In this document: piece after piece, positions 21,679 through 32,132 of the stretch | Layout of the letters: each line of letters starts with the position of its first letter | Position numbering within the stretch: position 1 is the stretch's first letter | From: an uncultured Bacilli bacterium | GTDB lineage: Bacteria > Bacillota_I > Bacilli_A > RF39 > UBA660 | Assembly (NCBI GenBank): GCA_934182615.1 | Contig: CAKPRO010000001.1 | Location: 78,197-142,196, forward strand | Reading direction: 5' to 3' | DNA length: 64,000 bases | The notes under the pieces: generated by a model | The model's input: only the letters and a program-made list of their open reading frames with translations | Databases searched by the model: none | What the model was told of the DNA's origin: nothing | Translations under genes and position numbers: made by a program

Positions 21679-23208
21679 TTAATTCTCAATTCTTTGAAAT
21701 AAAACTTCAGCCTTATTAACCCTAGTACCTGACTTATATCCACCAAACTCACTAGTACTATCATAAGAAATATTATCAGTATTAATTTGATTAAATATCT
21801 TCTCACAAGTATCAGGAATAAAAGCTTGTAATAATACAGTACAAATTCTAATACACTCAACTAGATTATATAACACAGTAGCAAGTCTATCTTTTTTAGA
21901 TTCATCTTTAACAAGAACCCAAGGCATAGTCTCATCAATATATTTATTACAATCTCTAAGTACATCAAATATACTAGCAATAGCTTTAGAAACTTCTAAT
22001 CCATTCATATAATCTTCTACTACATCTTTTAATCCTATAGCCTCTTCAATCAATTTATTATCAATCTCTTCATTAACTTTAGTATTAGTAACAACACCAT
22101 CAAAATATTTATTAGCCATACCAATAGTTCTATTAACCAAATTACCAAGTACATTAGCAAGATCTCCATTAGTTCTATTAATTAAAGCTTCTTCAGAAAA
22201 ATTACCATCACTACCAAATGGAACCTCTCTCAAAACAAAATATCTAACAGCATCAACACCATAAGCATCAATATACTCTCTAGGATCTTTATAATTACCT
22301 AAACTCTTAGATATTTTACCACCATTAATAACTAACCATCCATGTCCAAATACCTTGTCAGGTAAAGGTAAATCAAGAGCCATCAACATAATAGGCCAAA
22401 TAATAGTATGAAATCTAACTATTTCTTTACCTACTATATGTAAATTAGCAGGAAAATATCTCTTAAATAGTGAATCATCTTCACTTAAATATCCTACAGC
22501 AGACAAATAATTAGCTAAAGCATCAATCCATACATAAACAACATGTTTAGGATCAAAAGTTACAGGAATACCCCAATCAAAACTAGTTCTAGACACACAT
22601 AAATCTTCAAGTCCAGGTTTAATAAAATTATTAAGCATTTCATTCTTTCTAGATTCAGGTTCAATAAAAGTAGGATGTTCCTCATAAAACTTAACTAATC
22701 TATCTTGATATTTAGAAAGTTTAAAGAAATAAGCCTCTTCAGATACCTCATTAACTTCTCTACCACAATCAGGACATTTACCATCTACAAGTTGTGTCTC
22801 AGTCCAAAAAGATTCACAAGGAGTACAATATAATCCCTTATATTCTCCTTTATAAATATCCCCTTGATTATATAGTTTTTCAAATATTCTTTGTACACAA
22901 ACAACATGCTCTGGATCAGTAGTTCTAATAAATTTATCATAACTAATATTTAAACTCTTCCATAAATCTTTAGAATTAACAACAATCTTATCAACATACT
23001 CTTGAGGAGTAATACCAGCCTCTTCAGCCTTCTTTTGTATTTTTAATCCATGTTCGTCAGTACCAGTTAAATAAAATACATCATAACCAGTAAGTCTCTT
23101 ATATCTAGCAATAGCATCCGCTATTATAGTAGTATAACAATGTCCAATATGAAAATTAGCACTTGGATAATATATAGGTGTAGTAACATAAAATTTTTCT
23201 TTATTCAT
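21679..23208 (-). CDS. metG: Methionine--tRNA ligase (short form lacking the C-terminal tRNA-binding domain)
   Basis: 509 aa with HIGH (ANFHIGHCY), KMSKS (KISKSLGN) and a CPDCG zinc knuckle. Confidence 0.95.
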   Translation of the reverse strand: MNKEKFYVTTPIYYPSANFHIGHCYTTIIADAIARYKRLTGYDVFYLTGTDEHGLKIQKKAEEAGITPQEYVDKIVVNSKDLWKSLNISYDKFIRTTDPEHVVCVQRIFEKLYNQGDIYKGEYKGLYCTPCESFWTETQLVDGKCPDCGREVNEVSEEAYFFKLSKYQDRLVKFYEEHPTFIEPESRKNEMLNNFIKPGLEDLCVSRTSFDWGIPVTFDPKHVVYVWIDALANYLSAVGYLSEDDSLFKRYFPANLHIVGKEIVRFHTIIWPIMLMALDLPLPDKVFGHGWLVINGGKISKSLGNYKDPREYIDAYGVDAVRYFVLREVPFGSDGNFSEEALINRTNGDLANVLGNLVNRTIGMANKYFDGVVTNTKVNEEIDNKLIEEAIGLKDVVEDYMNGLEVSKAIASIFDVLRDCNKYIDETMPWVLVKDESKKDRLATVLYNLVECIRICTVLLQAFIPDTCEKIFNQINTDNISYDSTSEFGGYKSGTRVNKAEVLFQRIEN

Positions 23209-23702
23209 TATAAATCATCTCCCTTATTATTAGTACTACCAATTCCACCTTCTCTTAAATCAGTAGTATTATCATCATCAGTAATTAAATATGGTATAAA
23301 TATACCTTGTACAAATCTATCTCCCTTTTTAATCTCAATAACCTCATCCCCTTCATTCTCTAAACATACAAAAATATGACCACCATTACTAGAATTACCA
23401 TAGTAATCAGCATCAATAATACCAACCTGATTACACATCCGTACATTATACTTAAATCCCAAACTACTTCTAATAAATATACCAAGAAATTCATTATTAT
23501 TCATTATCACCCTAATACCAGTAGGAATAACCTTTCTCTCCCCTGGTTTCAAAGTAACAGAAATAACACTATAAAAATCATAACCAGCGCTACTAATAGT
23601 ACCCCTTTTAGGTAAAATAACATCATCATAATTACCATTAGGTATATCTTTAATAAAAGTATCTCTATCAATAATTTCAAATTTTCTCATATAAACCTCC
23701 AA
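23208..23702 (-). CDS. dut: dUTP diphosphatase (dUTPase/dCTP deaminase fold)
   Basis: 164 aa with GYDF, IIDADYYG and REGGIGSTN motifs. Its stop overlaps the metG start. Confidence 0.65.
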   Translation of the reverse strand: MEVYMRKFEIIDRDTFIKDIPNGNYDDVILPKRGTISSAGYDFYSVISVTLKPGERKVIPTGIRVIMNNNEFLGIFIRSSLGFKYNVRMCNQVGIIDADYYGNSSNGGHIFVCLENEGDEVIEIKKGDRFVQGIFIPYLITDDDNTTDLREGGIGSTNNKGDDL

Positions 23703-23703
23703 T

Positions 23704-23920
23704 AAAAAAATAAGATAGCCAAAGGACGAATAAATATCCGCGGTACCACCTTATTTTATGTAACATACACTCATTAAGTTATAACGTAACAACCGTCTAT
23801 ACCTATTAGATATAAAAGCTCCAGAACCATTTATAATAACTTTCATTATCTATTTCCACCAACCATAGACTCTCTATAAACTAATATTATTACTCTTTCC
23901 TTCATCGCATTACGAAATTA
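23704..23920 (-). promoter_or_regulatory. T-box riboswitch leader (probable Met specifier) with terminator/antiterminator, controlling dut-metG
   Basis: Minus strand carries the canonical T-box sequence AATAAGGTGGTACCGCGG (plus 23735-23752), then a terminator helix and a U-run ending at the dut start. Stem I candidate has a GA motif (GCGATGAAGG), an AGAGA box and an AAUGA specifier-loop candidate. The leader is preceded upstream by a TTGTAA-17-TGgTAAAAT promoter. Confidence 0.6.
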
Positions 23921-24080
23921 TTTTACCACAATAAAAACATAATTACAATAGAAAATCAACTTTTTTTATAATCTATGCTTATATATAATAGATATGGTTG
24001 ATATCTTGTTGTTAGACTACCATAGGCTAACAACAACACTCTAAGACTAAAGACTTAGAGTGAACAAAAAATAAATAATA

Positions 24081-24611
24081 TTAATCAACAAATTGTTTAC
24101 TAAGTAATTTAGACAAAACAATACACATCTTATCCTCAACATCACTGATAGGAACATCAGTAGAAATAAGAATAACACTACCTATAGCATCACCATTATC
24201 AACAATAGAAGAAAAAGTATAATATCCAACCTCCTCTTCATCTTTAATAATCTGAAAAGATTTCTTCTGTTTCTCAAAAAAATTATCCCTTCTCTCAATA
24301 GACCTCTCAGTAAACTCATTAATTTCCTTATCCAAATACTTCTTCTTTAAAGGACCAGCAGCCGCTATAACCTTATCCCTATCAGTAACAATAATATTAT
24401 GTTTAATAATCTGATTAAAAGCCTCAACATAATCAATAGAAACATTCTTTAAACTTTCAATCTGAGAATACTTCTTCAAAATAATAGAATCATTTTCCAA
24501 ATATATCTCTAAACTCTCACCATTTTTAATTCTAAGATTCTTTCTAATCTCTTTTGGAATAACAATTCTTCCCAACTCATCAATCCTTCTAATTATACCA
24601 GTAGTTTTCAT
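24081..24611 (-). CDS. spoVT: Stage V sporulation protein T (AbrB-type swapped-hairpin N-domain plus GAF)
   Basis: MKTTGIIRRIDELGRIVIPKEIRKNLRI AbrB/SpoVT N-terminus; 176 aa. Lies next to mfd as in Bacillus. Confidence 0.85.
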   Translation of the reverse strand: MKTTGIIRRIDELGRIVIPKEIRKNLRIKNGESLEIYLENDSIILKKYSQIESLKNVSIDYVEAFNQIIKHNIIVTDRDKVIAAAGPLKKKYLDKEINEFTERSIERRDNFFEKQKKSFQIIKDEEEVGYYTFSSIVDNGDAIGSVILISTDVPISDVEDKMCIVLSKLLSKQFVD

Positions 24612-24694
24612 TTATTTCACCTATACTTTCTCTAATTATTTTGTCAAATAACTAAAGAATTATACAATAAACAAAAAAATTAAAGAAATAATCT

Positions 24695-27600
24695 TTAATC
24701 TTTAATATCTTTAATAATTTTATCTAATAATTCATTAAAATAAAATATAAAATGTTTATCTAATTTTACAATATCTAATATAATATGTATTTTACCATCA
24801 ATATAAGAAAATCTAAATTGTTTACATATCTCATATGCACTAAAGAATAACAATTCACCATCAACTTTAGCAGAAACATCTTTAGGTAAAACAATCTCAA
24901 CATAATTTTTATTTTGTTTACTCTCAGTAATATTAAGTTCTTTAGCTTGTTTCTCAAACCACTCTTCATGCATATAAATAACCATATCTTCAGTAACTTT
25001 ACCAAATCTATTACTAAGTGTCTCTTTAATTTTATTAATATCCTCTATCGAATTAATACTATTAATCATCTCATGAATCTCAATCTTAATCTCATCATCA
25101 GGAACATATTCATCATCAATATGTGTGTCAACTTCAATTAAAGGCTTATTTGACACATCTTCTTTTTCTTCTACTTTAACACCCTTTAATTTGTCAACTT
25201 CTTCTTTTAACATCTTAAGATATAAATCAATACCAATACTATCAATAAATCCCGATTGTTCACTACCTAATATATCACCTGCCCCACGTATAGATAAATC
25301 TCTCATCGCAATTTTAAACCCACTACCAAGTTCTGTAAATTCCTTTATCGTATTAAGTCTCTTAACAGCCAAATCATTAAGTTCTTTTTTACCACTATAC
25401 ATCATATAAGCATAACCAATTCTATCACTTCTACCAATTCTACCTCTAATCTGATATAACTGTGATAAACCAAAATGATCGGCATCAAGAATAATCAAAG
25501 TATTAACATTAGGAATATCAATACCAGTCTCTATAATAGTAGTACATAAAAGAATATCAAATTCATGGTTAATAAAATCAATCATAATATTCTCCAAATG
25601 ATCCTTAGTCATTCTACCATGCGCATATCTAATAGTAGCCTCTGGAACAAGTTTATGTATTTCATCTAACTTACTATCTAATTTATCAATATTATTATAT
25701 AAAATAAATACCTGTCCCTCTCTAGATAGTTCCTTATATATAGCATCCTTAATAATATTTTTATTTTCCGGTATAACATAAGTTTGAATAGGTCTTCTCT
25801 TCTCAGGAGGAGTCTCAATAAGAGCAAGTCCTCTAATACCAGACATAGACATTTGCAAAGTTCTAGGTATTGGAGTAGCAGACAAAGTAAGAACATCTAT
25901 AGAACTCTTATATTTCTTAATCTTTTCCTTATGAGCAACACCAAACCTCTGCTCCTCATCAATAACAAGCAACCCCAAATCCTTAAAATCAATCTTCTCA
26001 TTAAGAATCTTATGAGTACCAAATAAAATATCAATCTTTCCTTCCTTTAACTTTTCAAGTATTTCTCTTTGCTCTTTAACAGAAGTAAATCTATTAAGAA
26101 GAGCAATATTAATAGGAAAATCAATAAATCTATTCAAAGCAGACTTATATTGTTGACTAGACAAAATAGTAGTAGGACACAAATACGCTACTTGCTTACC
26201 ATCATTAACAGCCTTAAATATCGCTCTAAAAGCAACTTCTGTTTTACCATAACCAACATCTCCACATAAAAGCATATCCATTGGCTTATTTCTTTCCATT
26301 TCCTTCTTTATAATCTCGGTAGCTCTAAGTTGATCAGAAGTAGGAACATAACTAAACTTACTTTCAAATAAAATTTGATTTTCATCATCATGTGAAAAAG
26401 CATATCCACTAGAAGCCTCTCTCTCAATAGAAACCTTAATAAGATCTGCCGCTATACTCTCTAATTTCTTCTTGACTCTAGCCTTTCTCTTATTCCAAGA
26501 ATCAGTACCAAGTTTATCCAACTTAAAGAAAGTGCCCTCTTTTCCATTAAATTTAGTAATCTTATCAATCTTTTCAACAGGTAAGTATAGAATATCATCA
26601 TCAGCATACAATAATTTAATATAGTCCTTCTTCATTCCATTCTTAACCAAAGTACATATCTCAATATATTTACCAATACCATGATCAATATGAACAATTA
26701 AATCTCCCTTTTCCAAATTATCAATATTACTAATCTTAGTACCAACCTTATATTTACTCTTTACTTTTCTTTTATCTTCAACCTTACCAAATAAGTCATT
26801 AACAGACATAACAACATAATCATCAAAGATAAAACCACCATAAATATATTTATTAACAAAATTAATCTTATTATTAATAATATTATTCTCATCAGTAAAT
26901 ATAATATCATCAAGTTCCAAATAAGTAACAATCCTCTTAACAACATTTCTATCATCAACACATAATATAACAGTCTTACCACTCTTAATATATCTAATTA
27001 AATCTAACTTTAACTTTTCAAAATTACCACAATAATTCTCAATACTATGTGAAACATATTTCTTATTATTAACATCTAAATCTACTAAATTATCTATATC
27101 AAGAATATAAATATTATGTTTATTAGAAATATCTTCAATATCCCACATATAATTAGTCTTAATATCATCATCAAGTTCACTATCATATTCTAATATATTC
27201 TCTCTAAGTAAAGAATAACTATTAATAATCTGATTATAATCATAATAAAAAATAACACTATCCGAAGCATAATCCCAAAGTCCACTAACAGAATCAGAAT
27301 AATTAAGTAAATATTTCTGTTTTCTAGTTATATTATCCTCTATTTTACCATCAATTAAAAACTCCGTATAAGGATATATTTTAACACTATCAACAGAAGT
27401 ATTAGATATCTGATCCTCTAAATCAAAATATTTAATACTATCAATAGTATCTCCCCAAAACTCTATTCTTATAGGATTATCAAACTCAATAGGAAATATA
27501 TCAATAACATATCCCCTAATAGCCATCTCTCCAGTCCTACTAACAACAGGTACTTTCTCATAACCTAAATCAAATAATTTATTAATAAAATCATCTCTAT

Positions 27601-28003
27601 CAATATCCATATCCTTATTAATATCAATAATCTTATTCTTATATAACTTAGTACTAGGTAAATATCTAAGTATACCCATCAAATTAGTAACAACAATATA
27701 TTTACCATTACCAAGTAATTTATTCAAAGTAGTAAGTCTATCAATAACAAATTCTGGACTAATATCAGTAACTTCACTAGTAATAAAGTCATCCATCGGA
27801 AAAAACAAAACCTTATCAGTATAATTAAGTAATCTATTATAAATATCATTAGCCTCATATAAAGAATTAGTTATAACTAAATTATTCTTCTTATTTTTAA
27901 TAAAATAATTATAAATATATAAAGAATTAAGTTCTTTATTTAACCCAGTAATAGCATAATTATCCCTACTATCAATATCAAATAGATTATTAAAAATCCC
28001 CAT
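24695..28003 (-). CDS. mfd: Transcription-repair coupling factor
   Basis: 1102 aa with a UvrB-homology region, an RNAP-interaction domain, and SF2 helicase motifs (GDVGYGKTEVA, DEEQRFG) and TRCF domain. Confidence 0.95.
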   Translation of the reverse strand: MGIFNNLFDIDSRDNYAITGLNKELNSLYIYNYFIKNKKNNLVITNSLYEANDIYNRLLNYTDKVLFFPMDDFITSEVTDISPEFVIDRLTTLNKLLGNGKYIVVTNLMGILRYLPSTKLYKNKIIDINKDMDIDRDDFINKLFDLGYEKVPVVSRTGEMAIRGYVIDIFPIEFDNPIRIEFWGDTIDSIKYFDLEDQISNTSVDSVKIYPYTEFLIDGKIEDNITRKQKYLLNYSDSVSGLWDYASDSVIFYYDYNQIINSYSLLRENILEYDSELDDDIKTNYMWDIEDISNKHNIYILDIDNLVDLDVNNKKYVSHSIENYCGNFEKLKLDLIRYIKSGKTVILCVDDRNVVKRIVTYLELDDIIFTDENNIINNKINFVNKYIYGGFIFDDYVVMSVNDLFGKVEDKRKVKSKYKVGTKISNIDNLEKGDLIVHIDHGIGKYIEICTLVKNGMKKDYIKLLYADDDILYLPVEKIDKITKFNGKEGTFFKLDKLGTDSWNKRKARVKKKLESIAADLIKVSIEREASSGYAFSHDDENQILFESKFSYVPTSDQLRATEIIKKEMERNKPMDMLLCGDVGYGKTEVAFRAIFKAVNDGKQVAYLCPTTILSSQQYKSALNRFIDFPINIALLNRFTSVKEQREILEKLKEGKIDILFGTHKILNEKIDFKDLGLLVIDEEQRFGVAHKEKIKKYKSSIDVLTLSATPIPRTLQMSMSGIRGLALIETPPEKRRPIQTYVIPENKNIIKDAIYKELSREGQVFILYNNIDKLDSKLDEIHKLVPEATIRYAHGRMTKDHLENIMIDFINHEFDILLCTTIIETGIDIPNVNTLIILDADHFGLSQLYQIRGRIGRSDRIGYAYMMYSGKKELNDLAVKRLNTIKEFTELGSGFKIAMRDLSIRGAGDILGSEQSGFIDSIGIDLYLKMLKEEVDKLKGVKVEEKEDVSNKPLIEVDTHIDDEYVPDDEIKIEIHEMINSINSIEDINKIKETLSNRFGKVTEDMVIYMHEEWFEKQAKELNITESKQNKNYVEIVLPKDVSAKVDGELLFFSAYEICKQFRFSYIDGKIHIILDIVKLDKHFIFYFNELLDKIIKDIKD

Positions 28004-28051
28004 AAATATTCCTCCTTTCCAAGACTAAAAGATACATATTAATGTATCTTA

Positions 28052-28636
28052 TTATAATTCATTCTTTTTATTCATACTATTATAAATTTGTTTCAATCTA
28101 ACAATATCACAATTAACAAAGTCCTCTAATAAATTATCTACTTTAGCATAAACCGCATCAAGTACTTCCCTTTGTTCTTTACTAAATTTACCAAGTACAC
28201 AATCAATAGCATCTATCGTTCTATCTTTTCCATATATTCCAATTTTAAATCTAACATAGTCTCTAGTTTGAATAGCCTTAGTAATACTCTTAAGACCATT
28301 ATGTCCTCCACTAGAACTATTATTAACAACCTTAATTTTACCCAATACCATATCCAAATCATCATGCATTATCAAAATATCTTGACTATTAATATTATAA
28401 AAATCAACAATTTTTTTAACAGCATTACCAGATAAATTCATATAAGTCAAAGGTTTAGCCACAATTACCTTTTCCCCATTTATATTAATATCAAATATAT
28501 CAGCCTCAAATTTTCTTTCAGTTCTAAAAGCACAACCATATTTTTTAGCAAACATATTTGCAAGTTCGTAACCAATATTATGTCTTGTATTTTCATATTC
28601 CTTACCAGGATTTCCAAGTCCCACTACTAACTTCAT
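28052..28636 (-). CDS. pth: Peptidyl-tRNA hydrolase
   Basis: LVVGLGNPGKEYENTRHNIG N-terminus; 194 aa. Confidence 0.95.
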   Translation of the reverse strand: MKLVVGLGNPGKEYENTRHNIGYELANMFAKKYGCAFRTERKFEADIFDININGEKVIVAKPLTYMNLSGNAVKKIVDFYNINSQDILIMHDDLDMVLGKIKVVNNSSSGGHNGLKSITKAIQTRDYVRFKIGIYGKDRTIDAIDCVLGKFSKEQREVLDAVYAKVDNLLEDFVNCDIVRLKQIYNSMNKKNEL

Positions 28637-29490
28637 TATTTTCCCTCCTTATGATATTCTTTATATACTTCATTTTTAGGTATTTTTCTATCCTTTGCTA
28701 CTTTCTTAATTGCAGTCATAACATCAAGTCCAGCTTTAATATACAAGTCAACAGCTTCATTAATAGACAAATTATCATCAATAACCTTTTCATCACATCC
28801 ACTTACAACAATAACAAATTCCCCTTTTTCAGGAATATTCTTAATAACATCACTAAGTTTTCCCCTATATACAGTTTCAAACTTCTTAGTAATTTCCCTT
28901 GAAATACTAATATCTCTATCACCAAATACTTCTAACATCATATTAAGTGTTTTCATAATACGATGCGGTGCTTCATAAAAAATCATAGTATATTCATTAT
29001 CCTTAAGCATTTCTAATTCATCTCTACGTTTAGAATCCTTACTATTTAAGAAACCATAGAATAAAAATGGTTGTGGTGATATACCAGAAGCAATCAAAGC
29101 ACATACAAAAGCAGTAGCGCCAGGTAATGCAATAACATTATAATTATTATCACTAATATACTTAACCGTTTTATACCCAGGATCACTTATAATAGGAGTT
29201 CCTCTATCCGTAACTAACCCAACAGAATAACCATTTTTCAAATATTCAAGTACCTTCTCCTTTAAAATATCTTCATTATGTTCATGTAAAGAAATAAGTT
29301 TCTTTTTAATACCAAAATTATTAAGTAAATTAAGTGTAACCCTCGTATCTTCAGAAAAAATAACCCCTACTTCTTCTAGTACTTTAACTGCTCTATAAGT
29401 CATATCATCCAAATTACCAATCGGTGTAGGAATCAAATATAAACTAGGAGTATCATTATAACTATTTTGTATCATGAGTATCATCTCCAA
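28636..29490 (-). CDS. rsmI: 16S rRNA (cytidine1402-2'-O)-methyltransferase RsmI
   Basis: LYLIPTPIGNLDDMTYRA tetrapyrrole-methylase-fold motif. The true start is probably a few codons inside the extended ORF. Confidence 0.85.
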   Translation of the reverse strand: MEMILMIQNSYNDTPSLYLIPTPIGNLDDMTYRAVKVLEEVGVIFSEDTRVTLNLLNNFGIKKKLISLHEHNEDILKEKVLEYLKNGYSVGLVTDRGTPIISDPGYKTVKYISDNNYNVIALPGATAFVCALIASGISPQPFLFYGFLNSKDSKRRDELEMLKDNEYTMIFYEAPHRIMKTLNMMLEVFGDRDISISREITKKFETVYRGKLSDVIKNIPEKGEFVIVVSGCDEKVIDDNLSINEAVDLYIKAGLDVMTAIKKVAKDRKIPKNEVYKEYHKEGK

Positions 29491-30208
29491 ACATATTCTT
29501 TATCTCAATATTATAGTTACCATCATTATCATAAACAATCAAAGGATAAAGCATTTTTAACCCTTTTTTACCACCTTTTACAAACTCAATAAGCATTAAA
29601 TCACTATCCCTATTTTCTTTAGGATAAATAAATCTAATCTTCTTAGCCATAAACCCATATTTATTAGCAGTATCTAGTATCTGTGTTAATCTCTCTGTCC
29701 TATGAACCATTGCTAACCTACCATTAGTTTTAAGTACCCTTTTAGATATAGTAAATATATCATCTAAATTAAGAAGTTTCTCATGCCTAGCAATAGCCTT
29801 AATCGAATTAACATTCTCAAATAAAGAATTATTAGTATCAAAATAAGGAGGATTACAAGTAATAACATCAAAATAATCATCACCAAATAAATTAATAACA
29901 TTCTTAGCATCATCATTAATAATAGTTATCTGCTTGTCCATCTTATTTTCAATAATAGATTTAACTCCCAAATCAAAAACAGATTTTTGTATCTCAACAC
30001 CATAAATATTAGCCTTTGTCCTAAAACTAAGAAGCATTGGAATAGGAGCATTACCAGTAGCAATATCTAAAATATTTTTGTCTCTTAAATTAATAGTTAC
30101 AAAATTAGCAAGTAATAAAGAATCTAAAGAAAATTTAAAATAATCAGTATCTTGATAAATATAAGCATCTTTAAAATTTAAAAGATTATTCTTTACTATC
30201 ATTAACAT
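29462..30208 (-). CDS. tRNA1(Val) (adenine37-N6)-methyltransferase-like class I SAM MTase (YabB/YfiC family)
   Basis: DIATGNAPIP SAM motif and NPPY catalytic motif (ITCNPPYF). Confidence 0.8.
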   Translation of the reverse strand: MLMIVKNNLLNFKDAYIYQDTDYFKFSLDSLLLANFVTINLRDKNILDIATGNAPIPMLLSFRTKANIYGVEIQKSVFDLGVKSIIENKMDKQITIINDDAKNVINLFGDDYFDVITCNPPYFDTNNSLFENVNSIKAIARHEKLLNLDDIFTISKRVLKTNGRLAMVHRTERLTQILDTANKYGFMAKKIRFIYPKENRDSDLMLIEFVKGGKKGLKMLYPLIVYDNDGNYNIEIKNMFGDDTHDTK

Positions 30209-30965
30209 CTACCTGTACAATTTCATTATCCACAAATACCTTATATTTACCCGCTAACGGTTCAGAAGAAATTACCTTTCCTTCATTACCATTTATTTTA
30301 ACCTTTTTACCAACATCTGGAATATTTTTTCTAACTTCCGTATATTGTTCATTTTCATAATTTAAACAACATAAAAGCCTACCACAAACCCCATTAATTT
30401 TAGTAGGATTTAAAGCAATTCCTTGATTCTTAGCCATATTAATTGAAACAGATTCAAAATTAGTTAAAAAAGAACTACAACATAAAATCCTACCACAAGG
30501 ACCTATACCACCAATTTCTTTAGCCTTATCTCTAACACCAATCTGTCTAAGTTCAATCCTTGTCTTTAAATTAGAAGCTAAATCTTTAGCTAATTTTCTA
30601 AAATCAATTCTCTCATCAGCTAAAAAGCGAAAAATCAATTGACTCTTATCAAAATTATAATTAGCATCAATAATAGTCATATTAAGATTTTCTCTAAGAG
30701 CTAATTCCCTACATTTTTCCAAAGCTTTCTTCTCATCCTGTATATTTCTCAAATGTTGTTGAAAATCCTTTTTAGTAGCTACTCTAACAACTTCAGGATA
30801 AACCTCATTTTCTCTCTTAGAATCAACTATCTCAACAATCTTACCAAACTTAAGACCTTTCTCAGTATTAACAATAACCGTTAAATTAACCTTTAAATCC
30901 AAGTCTTTAGGATTAAAATAATAAACTTTAGTATCATTATTAAACTTTACTCCCACTATTTTCAT
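30186..30965 (-). CDS. ricT: PSP1-domain protein YaaT/RicT (stage 0 sporulation/RNase Y regulatory complex)
   Basis: 259 aa with a PSP1 C-terminal domain (GPCGRILCCSSFL...CGRLLCCLNYE cysteine pairs). Lies downstream of holB as in Bacillus. Confidence 0.85.
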   Translation of the reverse strand: MKIVGVKFNNDTKVYYFNPKDLDLKVNLTVIVNTEKGLKFGKIVEIVDSKRENEVYPEVVRVATKKDFQQHLRNIQDEKKALEKCRELALRENLNMTIIDANYNFDKSQLIFRFLADERIDFRKLAKDLASNLKTRIELRQIGVRDKAKEIGGIGPCGRILCCSSFLTNFESVSINMAKNQGIALNPTKINGVCGRLLCCLNYENEQYTEVRKNIPDVGKKVKINGNEGKVISSEPLAGKYKVFVDNEIVQVDVNDSKE

Positions 30966-31900
30966 GAATTATCACCACACATATCTATAATCAATTTATC
31001 AATCAATAAATTAATATTCAAATTATACTTAATATTATTTAAAGCATCATTTAAAACATTAATTTTATCACATAACACATCAATATCATTCATATTAGCA
31101 ATCTTTATAATATTATCTTCATAATCATTAAAAAATAATATACTTAAACCACTCTTATACCTAATAACATCATAATAAAAATAAATCATTAAATTAATAC
31201 CAATAATATTATAGTTTCTATCTTTAAAATTATTATGCCATAACTTCCTAGTATAAATTAAAGTATCAAGTTTATAATTCTCAATATATTCAGTAAACCC
31301 AATAACATCATTTATAATCTTCTCTTTATTATCATCAGAAATATCATTATACCCATAACTAATAAGTAAATCAGATAGATTACTAATAGTATCATGACTA
31401 CATTTCTTCTTATTTAATTTAATCACTTGACATCTAGAAATAATCGTAGGAAGAAGCATATTAATATTATCCGTAATCAAAATAGCAATAATATCATCAA
31501 CAGGTTCTTCCAAAAATTTTAATATAGAATTAGCAGTCTGAACATTCATCTTTTCAGCAGATCTAATAATATAAATTTTCTTATTTCCTTCAAAAGCTTT
31601 ATTATTAAATTCACTCTGTAAATCAAGTAATTGATCTTTCTTTATCCACATACCATCAGGTTTAATAACTTTAACATCAACATAATTACCATCATCAATA
31701 CGTTTACATATATTTTTAATATCATTATCATCATTAATATCCATACAAATAATTTCTTTAACAAAAGATAAAACAATATCCATAACATCAGGATTACCAT
31801 TAGAATCAAAAATATAAGCATGAGAAAGTTTATTATTTTTAATAGCATTATTAACCATATTATAAAAAATAGGTTGTCCATCTTTATATAGTTCTAACAT
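30962..31900 (-). CDS. holB: DNA polymerase III subunit delta'
   Basis: 312 aa AAA+-like protein with sensor motifs (SHAYIF, IISRCQVIKL). Confidence 0.8.
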   Translation of the reverse strand: MLELYKDGQPIFYNMVNNAIKNNKLSHAYIFDSNGNPDVMDIVLSFVKEIICMDINDDNDIKNICKRIDDGNYVDVKVIKPDGMWIKKDQLLDLQSEFNNKAFEGNKKIYIIRSAEKMNVQTANSILKFLEEPVDDIIAILITDNINMLLPTIISRCQVIKLNKKKCSHDTISNLSDLLISYGYNDISDDNKEKIINDVIGFTEYIENYKLDTLIYTRKLWHNNFKDRNYNIIGINLMIYFYYDVIRYKSGLSILFFNDYEDNIIKIANMNDIDVLCDKINVLNDALNNIKYNLNINLLIDKLIIDMCGDNS

Positions 31901-31910
31901 AACTCACCTC

Positions 31911-32099
31911 TCAAACAATTAAAATTGAAAACAAACATAATCCAACTACTGCCGGTAAACCAAAAATACCAATTAAAACAATAGTAAATACATTAAAGGC
32001 AATAGTAATTCCTAACGGAAAAACAATAATATTATAAGTATAAATCATTAATATTGCAATTATAACTTTCTTAATAATCAAAAATAATTTATTAAACAT
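31911..32099 (-). CDS. bofA: BofA-like small membrane protein (pro-sigma-K processing inhibitor family)
   Basis: 62 aa with two TM segments and a G-x-x-N...GIFGLPAVVGL pattern like BofA. Lies just downstream of recR as in B. subtilis. Confidence 0.45.
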   Translation of the reverse strand: MFNKLFLIIKKVIIAILMIYTYNIIVFPLGITIAFNVFTIVLIGIFGLPAVVGLCLFSILIV

Positions 32100-32132
32100 A
32101 ACCCACCAATAAATTATATGATATTTATAATA

